Shown: one piece after another, positions 11,140 through 23,044 of the stretch
Numbering within the stretch: position 1 is the stretch's first letter
How the letters are laid out: each line of letters opens with the position of its first letter
Origin: Paraspadella gotoi
Taxonomy: Eukaryota; Animalia; Chaetognatha
Length of the DNA: 64,000 nt
Assembly: GCA_051294375.1 (NCBI GenBank)
Contig: CM119271.1
Span: forward strand, 6,356,698-6,420,697
Reading direction: 5' to 3'
Made by a program: the position numbers and the translations under genes
The notes under the pieces: generated by a model
The model's input: only the letters and a program-made list of their open reading frames with translations
Databases searched by the model: none
Told to the model about the DNA's origin: nothing

Positions 11140-14100
11140 ATGGACGTAGTAGTAAAGCACGGGTTCGTTGCCCGAGGGGAGGGCGAAATCTCTGCACTCG
11201 TCGGCGAGCGACTTATGCTCGTGGAGCAGAGCTCCGGTGAGTGGTGGCGAGTCCGCAACCGCGAAGGCGAGTCTGGATGGATTCCTTCCACGTATCTATT
11301 CCGACTCGGTGCTGAAGACATTGACGATGAAAAGACTCGCCCGCCCGCACGAAGTGACGAAGGCGATAGCGTCAACGAGGTGTGCATCGCTGTTCATCGC
11401 TTCACGGCGACGCATGCTGACGAAATCTCGTTTAAGGCTAGTCTAGTCCTACAGGAAAAAGCCACCGGTGTAGTCGGTTTAGTCAAATAAAGATGTTTTA
11501 AAAACTCCCTGATTAAGTTTTATATGATAAGTATAAATTAACAAGTATGAGTAAACAATGTCGGATCTGCCTACGATAATTAAGCAGTAATAAGCTAATC
11601 CGATGATAAATCATGGTAATTTTTTTGACTGTCAATTTGTGATTATAACAAATCATAATAATCTTAATAAATCTATGAAAAAATATATAAATCAATTGAT
11701 CTATCAATCATTACCAGTAGCTGTGCCAATACCAACCTGCATAATTTGGTCAACTTTCATAATTTAATCAACTTGCATAATTAAATTAACTGGCATAATT
11801 TGGTCATCTGGCATAATTTGGTCATCTGGCATAATTTGGTCAATTGGTCAATTGTCATAATTTGGTCAATTGTCATAATTTGGTCAATTGTCATAATTTG
11901 GTCAATTGTCATAATTTGGTCAATTGTCATAATTTGGTCAATTGTCATAATTTGGTCAATTGTCATAATTTGGTCAATTGTCATAATTTGGTCAATTGTC
12001 ATAATTTGGACAACTGACATAATTTGGTCAACTGGCATAATCAATCAATCAATCAGAAAGAGAGAGAAACTTTTAAAAATTGACATAAATGTGTATTTTG
12101 GTTTTCTGTTTTAAACTCTTTTCCACTCCTACGAATCCATCAAAAACTTATATCCAGCTTAATCTCATAGTTTACTACCCACATACAAAATTTTACTTCA
12201 ATTTCTCTATCCAAATTTTAATAAATATAATAATTATGAGTAAATATAAGTAAAAATGCTTCAAGTAAGTATGACTTTTATTTTTTCCATTTAAACTCAT
12301 TTCCACTTGTACGATCAATCGCGGTAATTAATTAATAAATTAGTTAATTTGATTTGAAATGTTTGTTTTAATATCTTTTCGTCACTTGCCACGACAAAAG
12401 CAACGACAACGATGATTATGACGACGACTATAATGCCAATAACGATTTACTTGATTGATTGATTAAATAATTAATTGATAAATTGATTGATTGTATAATT
12501 AATTAATAGATAAATAATGGATTTAATAATAAATTGATTGACTAATTAATTAATCATTTATTAATGAACTAATTGATTAACTGATTAATTATTTGATTAA
12601 TTAATACATCTTGCATTTACCTATAATATAAATAGAAAGAACTTAAATAAAAAGAAGCATAATCAATTAGTGAAACAGGTTTTTGTTTTTTTCCTTTTAT
12701 TTTTAAACTCATTTTCACTCAGACGATTCCATCGAAACTTGATTTCCAGCTTAATCACACACTTTCCTACCCACATACAAAATTTCAAGTCAATCGTCCC
12801 ATCCACTCGTGAGTAATTGGCGTTCAAATAGTAAAATATATTTTTTTGTTTTTTCCATTTAAACTCTTTTCCACTCGCACGATTCCATCAAAACTTTATA
12901 TTTAGCTCAATCACACTCTTCCCTACCCACTAAGGCGTAGTGATAGTGAAAGTTACATACGAAAATTCTAAAAGTCAATTATGAACAACATACCATCAGT
13001 GTAAACATTAATTTATAAAAAAAATTATTTTTATGTTTTTTAATTTTTGCAGTAGGCTATATTTATATATATTTATACTATCCTTATAAAATCGGAAAAT
13101 TTTAAAATGGGCTTTTCTTATTTTTGATTGCAGAATGCAGATTTAAATTCCTCGTCAAAAGTTTATAAAAGAAAATATAAATCATTTTTAAAAATTCTTT
13201 ATTAAGTGGGTTAAAAATTTAAAAAAACTATATTTAATATATAAAAAGTTAATTTTCAGCTTAAAATATAGCTTTTTCTAATTTTTGACCCACTTAATGA
13301 AGGAATTTTTCCTAAAGAGTTATATTTCTTTTCATAAACTTTTTATGACGAATCCAAATCTGTAAAAAATCTTAGAAAAAACTGTTTTGAAATTTTAACA
13401 TTTATTGATTTAGTACTAGTATAAATATGGCCTACTGTGTAAATTGTAAAATTTATTATAAATTTTTTTATTATTATTTTTATTATTATTCCATCCAAAC
13501 ACGAGTAATTAGAGTTTTTTGCTAAAGTGGGACTGACGGACGGACATAGTTTTTTTGCATAATTTATAATAATTCGAGGTTCTGACATATATGTCAATGC
13601 CCGACAAGAATGAGGGGGCGGACCGACGGACCGACAAAGTGAATTATAGAGTCGGGATCTGCTTATAAGCAGATCCGACTAAAAAAACTTTAAAATGCAA
13701 TTCTAATTTTTTTCCCCAAATTACAGGTGGGTGAGGCCATCGAAGTTTTACAAAAAAAAGAGGATGGGTGGTGGAAAGGTCGAGTGCATGGATTGGGTTG
13801 GACTGGTGAGATCATTTAGTTAACTGTTTTAAGAAATCTGACAAACTTAATAAAGCGATTTCCAACTAGGTTGGTTTCCTGCAAGTTACGTCGAACCGAA
13901 GAAAAAACCACGGAAAAAAAAGAAAGTTCAAAGAGACGGGTCTACAAATAGTAGAAATAGCAACAGCGAAGATATCCAGCGATCGGGTAAAAAATTCGAA
14001 TTTGTTAGGTGTATGAAAATGATCGAAGCTTAATTAATTAACAGTTGGATTTTTATTAATTGATTGCAGAATTCGAGATAAAAATTGTCAATCTTGTCCG

Positions 14101-15597
14101 AAAAAAATTATTAAAGATTTTTTTAAATTTATCAATATTAAGACAATATATTACATTTAAAATATATATATATTTTTTTTGAATTGACAGAATTGGACCC
14201 CGAACACTCAGTCTCAAAAGGAAAAGAATCTCATCTCGCTTCAAAAACAATAGCCACTGTAATTCAAAATATACCAAAAAGAGAGGAGATTCGTGAATAG
14301 TTAACTATTTTGTTGTTTTATTTTAGGAACGATTGCGAACATTGTATCCTTATACAGCCAACAACGATGACGAACTAAGCTTTTCCGAAAACGAATATTT
14401 ATACAGAACAAAGGACGATAACATTAAATCAGAGCTTCAGGTACCACGAAGCTATTATATTTTCAATGTACTTGTACTTTAAACATCGCGATGGGGATTA
14501 AAAGCAGCTTGTGAACTTATATTATTGTCAGATTACATTTCAATTAATAATTAAGATACAATGAGAAAAGCTTTTTACATCAAATTCTCATGATATATTT
14601 GTCGAAATAAATTTCAACTTTCAACGACATGGGCGTTTTCTCCTTCCATCTATCAGGGATGGTGGAAAGTAAAGAATGTCGAAGGTCGAGTTGGTCTTAT
14701 ACCCGCCAATTACGTCGAAGTGGACGTAGGAATCGACGTCGTAGCGTTTAGAGCCGTTGCTTGTCACACCTACTCATCAGAAGGGGGGGAAGAACTCTCT
14801 TTCCTAGAGGGCCAAATTCTCGATATTCTGCAAAGGTAAGTTGAAACGACACCACTCACCCCGTTGTTCGTTATAAATAAATGTAGGGGCCTAATCTTAA
14901 CTAAAATTTATTTAAATACAGCGATTCAGACTGGTGGTATGCCCGCGACGGAGAAACCGGCACTTCCGGCTACGTTCCAAGTAACTACCTTCAGCCTCTT
15001 GCTGCAGCGGATGTTTCTCTGGGTGAGGATCAAACGTTCGCTCCTTCATCCATCCCACCAGCAACCTCGAAAACAGAATCCGATTCGTCGCTAAATCTGG
15101 TCGGCGGCTCTTCTAATTTGCCAAAGCCTTCTCACTGGTAGCTTTCGCGGCTTTTTCAATTATTAATATCTAACTGTTGAGCTTTGACCCCGATTTTCAA
15201 TCGTGTTCCCATCAGGATCAACGACAACTCGTTGCGTAACAGTCGCCGTATTCCCCTGGGACCCTTTTCTCTCAAAGACTGGTATTTTGGGCCAATGTCG
15301 CGTCGCGAGTGCGAGACAGTTTTCGCCAAGTACGGGAGCGAGGCCCAGGACGGAACGTTCCTCGTTCGTGACGGAGGGAAGCACGCTCTCGACTTCGTTC
15401 TCTCCGTCAAATCGGCGGACCGCGTGCGACACTTTCGTGTCGCCATCGACAATGGCAACTTCTCCCTCGTTCCCACCACGACGCTCAAATCCATGGATAG
15501 TCTGATTGACTATTACAAGAAGATTCATTTGTTCACCGAAGCCAACGGACAAAAACTCTTGTTGAGAGATGTTTTGTATCTCAAATCTGGAGATTGA
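11140..15597 (+). CDS. NCK: Nck/Dock-like adaptor protein, SH3 x4 + C-terminal SH2
   Basis: Exons about 11140-11436, 13727-13805, 13870-13986, 14191-14258, 14327-14440, 14657-14835, 14922-15137, 15216-15597. SH3 signatures WWRV..GWIPSTY, WWKG..GWFPASY, WWKV..GLIPANY, WWYA..GYVPSNY; SH2 WYFG..FLVRD..RHFRV..SMDSLIDYYKKIHLFTEANGQKLLL resembles the Nck SH2 end ([26 protein letters not shown]). Confidence 0.85.
11730..12045. repeat. 18-bp minisatellite (CATAATTTGGTCAATTGT)n, about 17 units
   Basis: Directly visible; near-perfect core units with diverged edges; explains the repetitive ORFs 11781-12044 and 11800-12114. Confidence 0.97.
12110..12932. repeat. Dispersed ~100-bp direct repeats (TTTAAACTCTTTTCCACTC..ACGA..CCATCAAAA..CCAGCTTAATC..CTACCCACATACAAAATTT)
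   Basis: Units start near 12110, 12290 (partial), 12701 and 12858. Confidence 0.8.
13049..13440. mobile_element. AT-rich palindromic (foldback/MITE-like) element nested in the HINE-like element
   Basis: CAGTAGGCTATATTTATA / TATAAATATGGCCTACTG; TCGTCAAAAGTTTAT / ATAAACTTTTTATGACGA; ATTAAGTGGGTTAAAAATT / AATTTTTGACCCACTTAAT pair symmetrically. Confidence 0.75.
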
Positions 15598-17116
15598 ACA
15601 GAAAAGTTTTTATATTCTCGAGTTTCGCAATGACTCACAAATTAGTCCCATATATATCGCTGTGATTTCTTTAGACTACTTCGGTAATTCATAATGTAAA
15701 AATTTCGTTTATATTTAATTTCGTACTTGAAATAATTTACTAATCGTAAAGATTACATATAAAGGTTTTGAATACTTGGCGCTTTCCCTTGCACGAGTAC
15801 GAGTGGCGCGCTCTCGAAATTTTATGGTTCAAATGTTTATTCGAGAAGATCAGGATAAAAAACTTAAATTTTCATAAAGCTAGGGTTATATAAGTTGACA
15901 TATTAATTGTATAATCTATTCAGTTAACTTTAAAAATTTTATTTATTGGTGGTTGAACATAGTAATTGTTATTATTTTTTATTATTTTTTTACGCAAAAA
16001 GTAAAAACATTTAGCATTTAGCGGATTTTGTTTCGTTTTTAAAAAAATATTGTCCATATATTTTATAAAAAAAATAACTAAAATAACTAATCTTGTATTT
16101 AAAGGTATAAAATATTTTGAATACTGAATATTATGCTTTTGTTCGTAAGTAGGGAGCCGATCGATGCTGATCATTTGCTGCAATCTGTTTTCTAATTTTA
16201 CATATTCTTTTTATTTTTATAAGGGTAGCTTCATAAATAATTTAAAGCTATTGTTCATGGCGAGGATCATTCCAAATATTCATTACATTTTTTAGCTGTA
16301 TTTAAAGTTTTGTTAATAAAACATTTCTGCTCCGGCAATATTGTTGGTGTTCCTCAGTGGTTAAAAAACAATTTGATTGAAGCTATGCCAGAGCGAGGTG
16401 ATTTTTAGTTGAGAATAATTGCTATTAAATGTATTTTAACTATTGCATGTCAAATACGTTTTGTTACGGGATGAAACGGAGGATCTTATTTTTGTATTAG
16501 GTTTTTTTAATACATCGCTTTGTATTATCTGTTTTAAATTGTCTACACTGTGGTCGTTTTTGGTCATCGTTAGATATTTTAACTGTTTTGATTTTTGAAT
16601 AGATTTTATTCTAAAATCCGTGATGACCAAGTCATGCTTCGTCGCTTCGTTTTACCTCAGACATTCATTACTGCATTACTTTACTAAATCTAGGTAACAT
16701 TCATCTATAAAATGTATTCCAGAAATTTTTCTTTAATTTTTCCTTACTCTTCCGCAGGAATTCGTCGTAACAAACGGTTTGAAAGTTGAAAAGTCATCCC
16801 ATAAAATTAAGGTATGCGTAAGTTTCAGAGTGGCTTATTATAGATTTTCCTTTCATTTCATTTTCAATTTTCCTTCATTTCAGATTGCCTTTATCTTTTA
16901 TCTCTGCTACTTTTTTTCATGGTTTATCCTTTTCTGTTACTTTTTCTGATAAAACGGAAAATAACTTCATTTGTTCAAATATATAAAATATGGATGCTGC
17001 AAAACCTAGTTTGCGTTGTTAAGTCAAAAGTTTGGTAATGCTTATCGAAGGCTAAAATCAAAACAGAAAATTAACGGCCTACACATGTTTCTCATTAAAT
17101 CGCCAATGTTTTGAAA

Positions 17117-17572
17117 ATGTTTTCCTACATCCACGGAGCTCGCTTTGATGGTCTCATTCCAGGAACCGCGAGGCCGTGGACTCGAGAAACGACTGCTAAG
17201 CTTCTGCGGATCATATCCGTGGTTGTTCTCATCATTTATTTAATTGTCTTTCTACTGTACTCCCATTCCCATTTTCCGTGGTATTTCCATGTCTTGTTTC
17301 TTGTTGTATGGTTCCCTTTCGCTGCCTTTGGCATCATTGTCCAGCTAAAGTTTGACAAATTTTGCACGCAACCATCCGTATATTCTAACAATGAAAACAA
17401 CGGAAATGATTGCTCGGCTCGTACAACTTACTCACAGTTGCCCACCTGTAACCAAAATATTCAGAAACAAAGCGAATCAAAGACATTAGGGGCAGAGTCT
17501 CAAGAGAAACACACAGCAAAATCAAATTCCTCGACAGGGAAAAGTCGGAAAATAGAAGATGTGTCTTGTTAA
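17117..17572 (+). CDS. Hypothetical small membrane protein (two hydrophobic segments, polar C-terminal tail)
   Basis: 151-codon ORF in otherwise stop-rich DNA; segments IISVVVLIIYLIVFLLY and WYFHVLFLVVWFPFAAFGIIV; possible 5' UTR exon at 16757-16811 (CAG...AAG|GTATG). No recognisable family. Confidence 0.55.
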   Translation: MFSYIHGARFDGLIPGTARPWTRETTAKLLRIISVVVLIIYLIVFLLYSHSHFPWYFHVLFLVVWFPFAAFGIIVQLKFDKFCTQPSVYSNNENNGNDCSARTTYSQLPTCNQNIQKQSESKTLGAESQEKHTAKSNSSTGKSRKIEDVSC

Positions 17573-18578
17573 AGAAACGTGTAAAACCATTATCATTCTT
17601 GACTTTAATCGTTGTTAGTTAACCGTTTTATATATTTTTCTAAAATTATAAGTACATAAATCACTTCGAACTGATATGTATTCCTCCGAAAGTAATATCG
17701 ATCCATATGAAAAAAATATTTAAAAAATTTATATTGTTAATTTGTTATTATCTGCTGTAATAAGTAAATATTAGTACCAAATCTTAAATTCTATAAAATA
17801 TTTAATAAATTTTGGACCGACCGCAAGATTATAAATATTAATATTTATGATGCATTAGTTTTTCATTTTTTTAAATTAATTATTAACATTTTTTCATTCC
17901 AAAATATACTGTTTTAGCTATTAACTTGAAGGATTGAATTTGAAGGATAAGTCTGGATCGATATTGTAAACAATGTTTGTTGAGTAAGCGGAAATTATTC
18001 AAACTTTGAGAATAATTATGTGGTGTCAATTTGATGACTTGATTTTCTAAACTTTTTTAGCGCGATTTATTTATTCTTCCGAGAGTAGTGCAATATATTA
18101 TTAGGATATTTAGTGATTATATTTTTATTACACCTATTAACTATTGAAATACATTGACAGTAAAGTTTGTAGAATTTGTTATAAACGTTTTTGTATATAT
18201 TCTAAACTGAGAGCCCATATTTTTTTATATTAATATATAAAGAGGAGGGATACAAAAGCAGTTTTCAGATCCAAAACTTTTAAACTATGAAATATACAAA
18301 ATTTGACGCAACTTTTGCTAGTTTTGTTCAATTATTAAATATTTAAATTTAATTAATCTCTTTTATCTTTAATTCGACTTAGTGTAATCAATTTTTTTAT
18401 GGCGACAAATTCTGGGACGGTCGTCGACGTCGTGCCCTATTCAATTTATATAAAATTAACTAAATTTTAAAATGTTTTTTTAAGTCATATGAACTTTAAA
18501 TGATTCTCATATTTTTGCAGTCTTTTTTAGCTTCGTAATATGTTTGAATAGAAATTATTAGGCAGCTTTTCTAAACCA

Positions 18579-19590
18579 TATTTTTATCGTCGCAAGCGAT
18601 TGCGACGATTTTGGGTCGATGGTCCGTCCCAATAAACGTCATTGTTTTTATTTCTTTTTCTCTGTCGCTGCCTCTTCTGATTCGTCCAAAAACGAGTTGA
18701 GCTCTGCAGCGGCTGCAGCTCAAAGTTTCGCGAGTCTTTCTCGATTTCTCTTGATTGCTATCAATCTATCTCTCTCTCTCTCTGTTTTTTTTTCTTTTTT
18801 TATTAAATTACAATTTTTTTATCTCTTTATCTCTCACACATTTAATCATTCAATTTTAATTAAATTAAATTAATTAAAATTGTTCAATTTAATTAAATCA
18901 GTTCATACTTTTAAATTTATTTACTCAATTCAGTTAATTTGGTTAAATAAATTAAAATTGTATCATTCATTCAATTAATTGTATTCATTCATTTTTTTCT
19001 TCTTTCCTATTCTATATCTTTTTTTCTTTATTTTTCACTCCTTTTCATTTCTCTCACTTATTTTTTCTCTTTTTTATTCTAATTTTCTCTCTAAACTATG
19101 TTACGTTTTTCTCGTTTTCTTTTTTTAATATTTCTTATTTATTAATTTATTATTACTTTTCAATTGTTTTCCTCTGAAATCGCCCTTTTTCCATGTTTTT
19201 TTATTATTGTTTGGATATATGCGTCAAATAACCAATATTTTTACAATTTTTTATATATTATATTTTATGTATAAAACTTAGTTTTCCTGTATCAAATTTG
19301 ATCTTTTTGAGTATCAAAGTTTGTCATGGGTCAAAATTTTTACTATGCGATTCCGACGATCCTTAGACCTTCAACATCGAATCCAGGCTTATTAGACGGT
19401 TGCCATCGCTATATTTAAAAGTCAAATCTTTTTCTCTATCTCTGTATCACTTTTTATATAAAAAAGAATACAGTCTTCAGTAACCATTATTATCTAAATC
19501 TTTTTTTTTTCTTTTTTCCTTATTTTTATAACATCTTGTTGCTTCACCGCGAGAGAGAAAGAAGCGCGATGAAGCACTGACGGGCTTAAA
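18579..19590. mobile_element. Possible second HINE-like relic
   Basis: Starts TTTTTA + perfect hairpin TCGTCGCAA-GCGA-TTGCGACGA followed by GGTCCGTCC; low-complexity AT interior; far end uncertain. Confidence 0.35.
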
Positions 19591-21936
19591 ATTATTACTT
19601 TATTTGTAAAATCTAAAGATTAAATGTTTTAATTTAATTGATCGCTTATTGTAATTTTTGATATAATTATATATAATATATATATTCTGGATCGCCCTTG
19701 ATGCCCAGGGTGCGATGCCTCTCGCCTGCTACCACTGGTCCGAATAAACCGGTAAAGTCACCCTTTGCACGACAAGCAAGAGACCACTGGGATTAAATCC
19801 AATATATATGATTGGTATGGTGCTTTATCCTTCGAGGTAATTTGGAATAAGCAGGATGCAACCGCTTGTAAGGCATGAAGTACCCCTTGCCAACTTTTGT
19901 TGTTGCTTTTCGTTTAGCTTAAATTTAGATAATAAATATTGTTTCTTAAAAAAGAAAGACAATGATAAAGTTGCCTCTTTTATGTCATCATATATTTTAA
20001 CAATCAAGGAAGGATTTGCCGTGGTTAAAATTGATTTAATACACGAGATTTTTCATCTTAAAATTATTCTCAAATTTATTTTGGGTGCTTCTTATTTTTG
20101 CTTTTTCTAAACTAATTCCCCGTTTTAGGTTCGAAGTTTAATTTTTTTGTATGAACAGGGGCGATTTGAGAACATATCTCCATTATCCGTCCTCAGCTTT
20201 TTTACGTTTTTATATAATTTTATTTTGGTATGATATAATTGAAAGAAATTGATGTGATTCCGTGTTTGAGAACCACTGTCATTATACCGTGAGGAAATAT
20301 ATATATTTTTGAAGTCAAAATAAACGTCAAATAGTTTTCTAACTAATAAATGTTTTAAAAATAATATATACTGAAAGAATTACACGAGTTTGATCAAATC
20401 TTTTCGTATCACTCCAGTTAAAGTCCCTGTATACAGTTTTTTAAGGGCTTTCAGGCAATATCAGTATTTTATTTTTTAAGACTTTTATAAGTAAGATAAA
20501 AAATTTTCATTCAAAAATATTATTTTCTAAGCTCCCTTTTGCCTCTTCCTGTTAAAGTAGAAGTAAACCGAAAGAAATGATATACATAAAAAATGAATCT
20601 TAATTTTATTATCTCTTTTTAAAATATTAAAATCTTTTCACGTTTTTGTTTGAATTTTTTCTAGCGGCGGGTTTAAAATGGTCACCATATATATTGTTTT
20701 GAGTTATCCATTCGGGAGTAGGGCAAAATATTATTTTTTTTGATGTTTTACACACCACAGTATAGAGAATTGTTTATTACTTTTTGTTTTAAAGTTACTT
20801 CGATTAGATTTTACTGAGAATTGTGTGAGAAAAGAGATTCTATTAAAATAATATAAACTTTACTTTCGCTTCATCGTCCCTTCTGAGGATACTGTAATTA
20901 ACTGAATAATATAAAATCAAAATCTTTTTTGAATATACTTCGCGGTTGGATACTGGGTAATTTTTTTTTTCAATTATATAAGTTAGCAAGGCTAATCTTT
21001 TAGATTTGTAGTAGAAAATTGTTACACTTATTCATAGATTTATTCCTCTTTGAGGACTATGTTTTCTCTTTTCTATGCAACAAATTGATTTTTTTTATTA
21101 TATACAAAGATTAAGACGTTTATTTGCATTTTCGTATGAGGATACTACCTCAAAAATACCCTTCCATCCCCATGTCTAATGACTCTAATCATACAATCAA
21201 CCACATTCATCAAGCAAAGTCTGTCCTTATCGAAAAGTGATATTTTGGATATGAGTCAATGAGAACAACACATTAAAATTGTTTTTTTTTAAATCGAAAA
21301 TTAGATTCATACTTCCACTTTCTTGTCGACTTACTCTTTTTTTCAGTATTTCTTTAAAACGCTTTCTTCATTATTACAGTTTATAAAACGTTTAGCTATA
21401 TGAATACCAATCTTTTATGCGGTAAATGATTAAATGTGCTAAAGTAATGTTTTTCCTGAAGATGCATGTTTCCGATGTCGTCTTGCCTTTAAATTAATGT
21501 TCGTAACGTCAATGTGCCAATTATATTTATGTCTTAAAGTTTCATTCGATTAAACGTGGTGTAGAGATATTTTAAATTGGCTATCAATCTCATATTTCTC
21601 TTTTTAAATTTAGTTTTAAACTTTTCTACGTCTTCATATTTCTTCTCTTTCAAACTTCATTTAGAGTACTAAATTTTTTTTCATCTCGATCATTTAATTT
21701 TTGTTTATAAAATGAATGTTTTCGCGCCACTGCTTTGTAATGACATGCTGAAAGAAAATAGATTCGTCTCAATGTTTTTCATAATTTTTTATAAAATATA
21801 TTTGAGATAGCAGATTTTTTTTTTAAATTTGCTAAAATCGTTTAGTATTTATTATAATATGCATTATTTATTAAAAATATTGTGGTAAAATTGAATATTT
21901 ACCGTTTCTGATCTTTCCGGTTGGTATTTTTTTTTT

Positions 21937-22145
21937 CGGCTAAATTTTACTTTCGTCGACCGCGTTTTGGTGGCTTTTAAAAAAATTATTTAAAAATATT
22001 TAAAAAAATGTTTTTTTTAAATATTATTTAATTACACTAACCTTAAGTACTTTTAACCCTAACCACACCTAACCACAAACTACCCTTAAACCACCCTTAA
22101 CCCAAACCCCTCCCTAACCCCGGTCGGCGAAAGTAAAAGTAACCC
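21937..22145 (-). mobile_element. Family B TIR element with CCCTAA-like core
   Basis: CGGCTAAATTTTACTTTCGTCGACC ... GGTCGGCGAAAGTAAAAGTAACCC; reverse complement of 8032-8233. Confidence 0.85.
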
Positions 22146-23044
22146 ATTTTTTTAATATTTATAAATAGGAAAGATTAAAAATTTTTAAGATCAGATTCAG
22201 GTAGCTTGCAAAAAGTTGTCTGCACAAAATATAATTCTTTTTTCAATATTTTGATCATAAGTGGGTAAAAAATATGAAAAACTACTAATAATCATCATCA
22301 TCATTTTTCAATACTTTTATTTTCACCAAGAAAACATAAGTTGTAGTTATTTTTTTATTTAACTTTTTATGCTTTATCAGAATCCATCAAAATAAGTTAA
22401 GATTGATTAAAAAAAATTTTAATATTGTAATTTTTATAGTAACAATAGAAGCATTAAAATTAAACTTTTTTTACAAATTCTTTTTTTAACTGAAAGTAGA
22501 CTTCAAGACTAAAGTTTTGATCCCCCGCCCTTATTGTCAATAGTATTGAATTGAATTTAATAGATTTCTACGCTTAGGCTTACATTGTGCTTTTGTCGCT
22601 AGTTTCTTCAAATCTCGATATTCGAACAAAAAGACAATATTATTCTTTCTAAATTGACGTGGTCACATTTTTTGGTTCTAAATTTAACTCTTAAATAATT
22701 TTTATTCATATCATGCCTATATATCTTAGATTATTTCATTTTATTCTAATTTTTTTCCAATATCGGCGATCCCGAATTTTAAAACATTCTAAAGGTCTAT
22801 GGGAGAATAAGGAGACAAAAAATGAAAAAACGAAGTTCGTTTCTTTACCGAAAATTACAATTAAAAAATTTACCAAAATTAAAGAAATTAAAATTCCTTT
22901 CAAATTAAATATATTGGAGTATACTCTCATTCCGAATTCTGCCGAAATCATATAAGATTTATTTTGCGGCTCATTTGCATTCACTGAAAACATTTCAAAT
23001 CTTTCCAGACAGAATATCAACAAAGAACGTCAAATAATGAGACA

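Larger units (their letters stand above)
11540..13688. mobile_element. Helentron/HINE (DINE-1-like) non-autonomous composite element filling Nck intron 1
   Basis: GTCGGATCTGC at 11560-11570 is inverted to GCAGATCCGAC at 13669-13679; terminal hairpin GATCTGCTTATAAGCAGATC followed by an A run; GACG/GACC microsatellite at 13532-13545 and 13620-13635; internal tandem repeats. Confidence 0.65.

Noticed and set aside
11730-12045. CRISPR-like array or repeat protein (QIMTID / IIWSIV ORFs)
   Set aside because: Units are contiguous 18-mers with no unique spacers, inside an intron of a eukaryotic gene; ORFs are by-products of the minisatellite.
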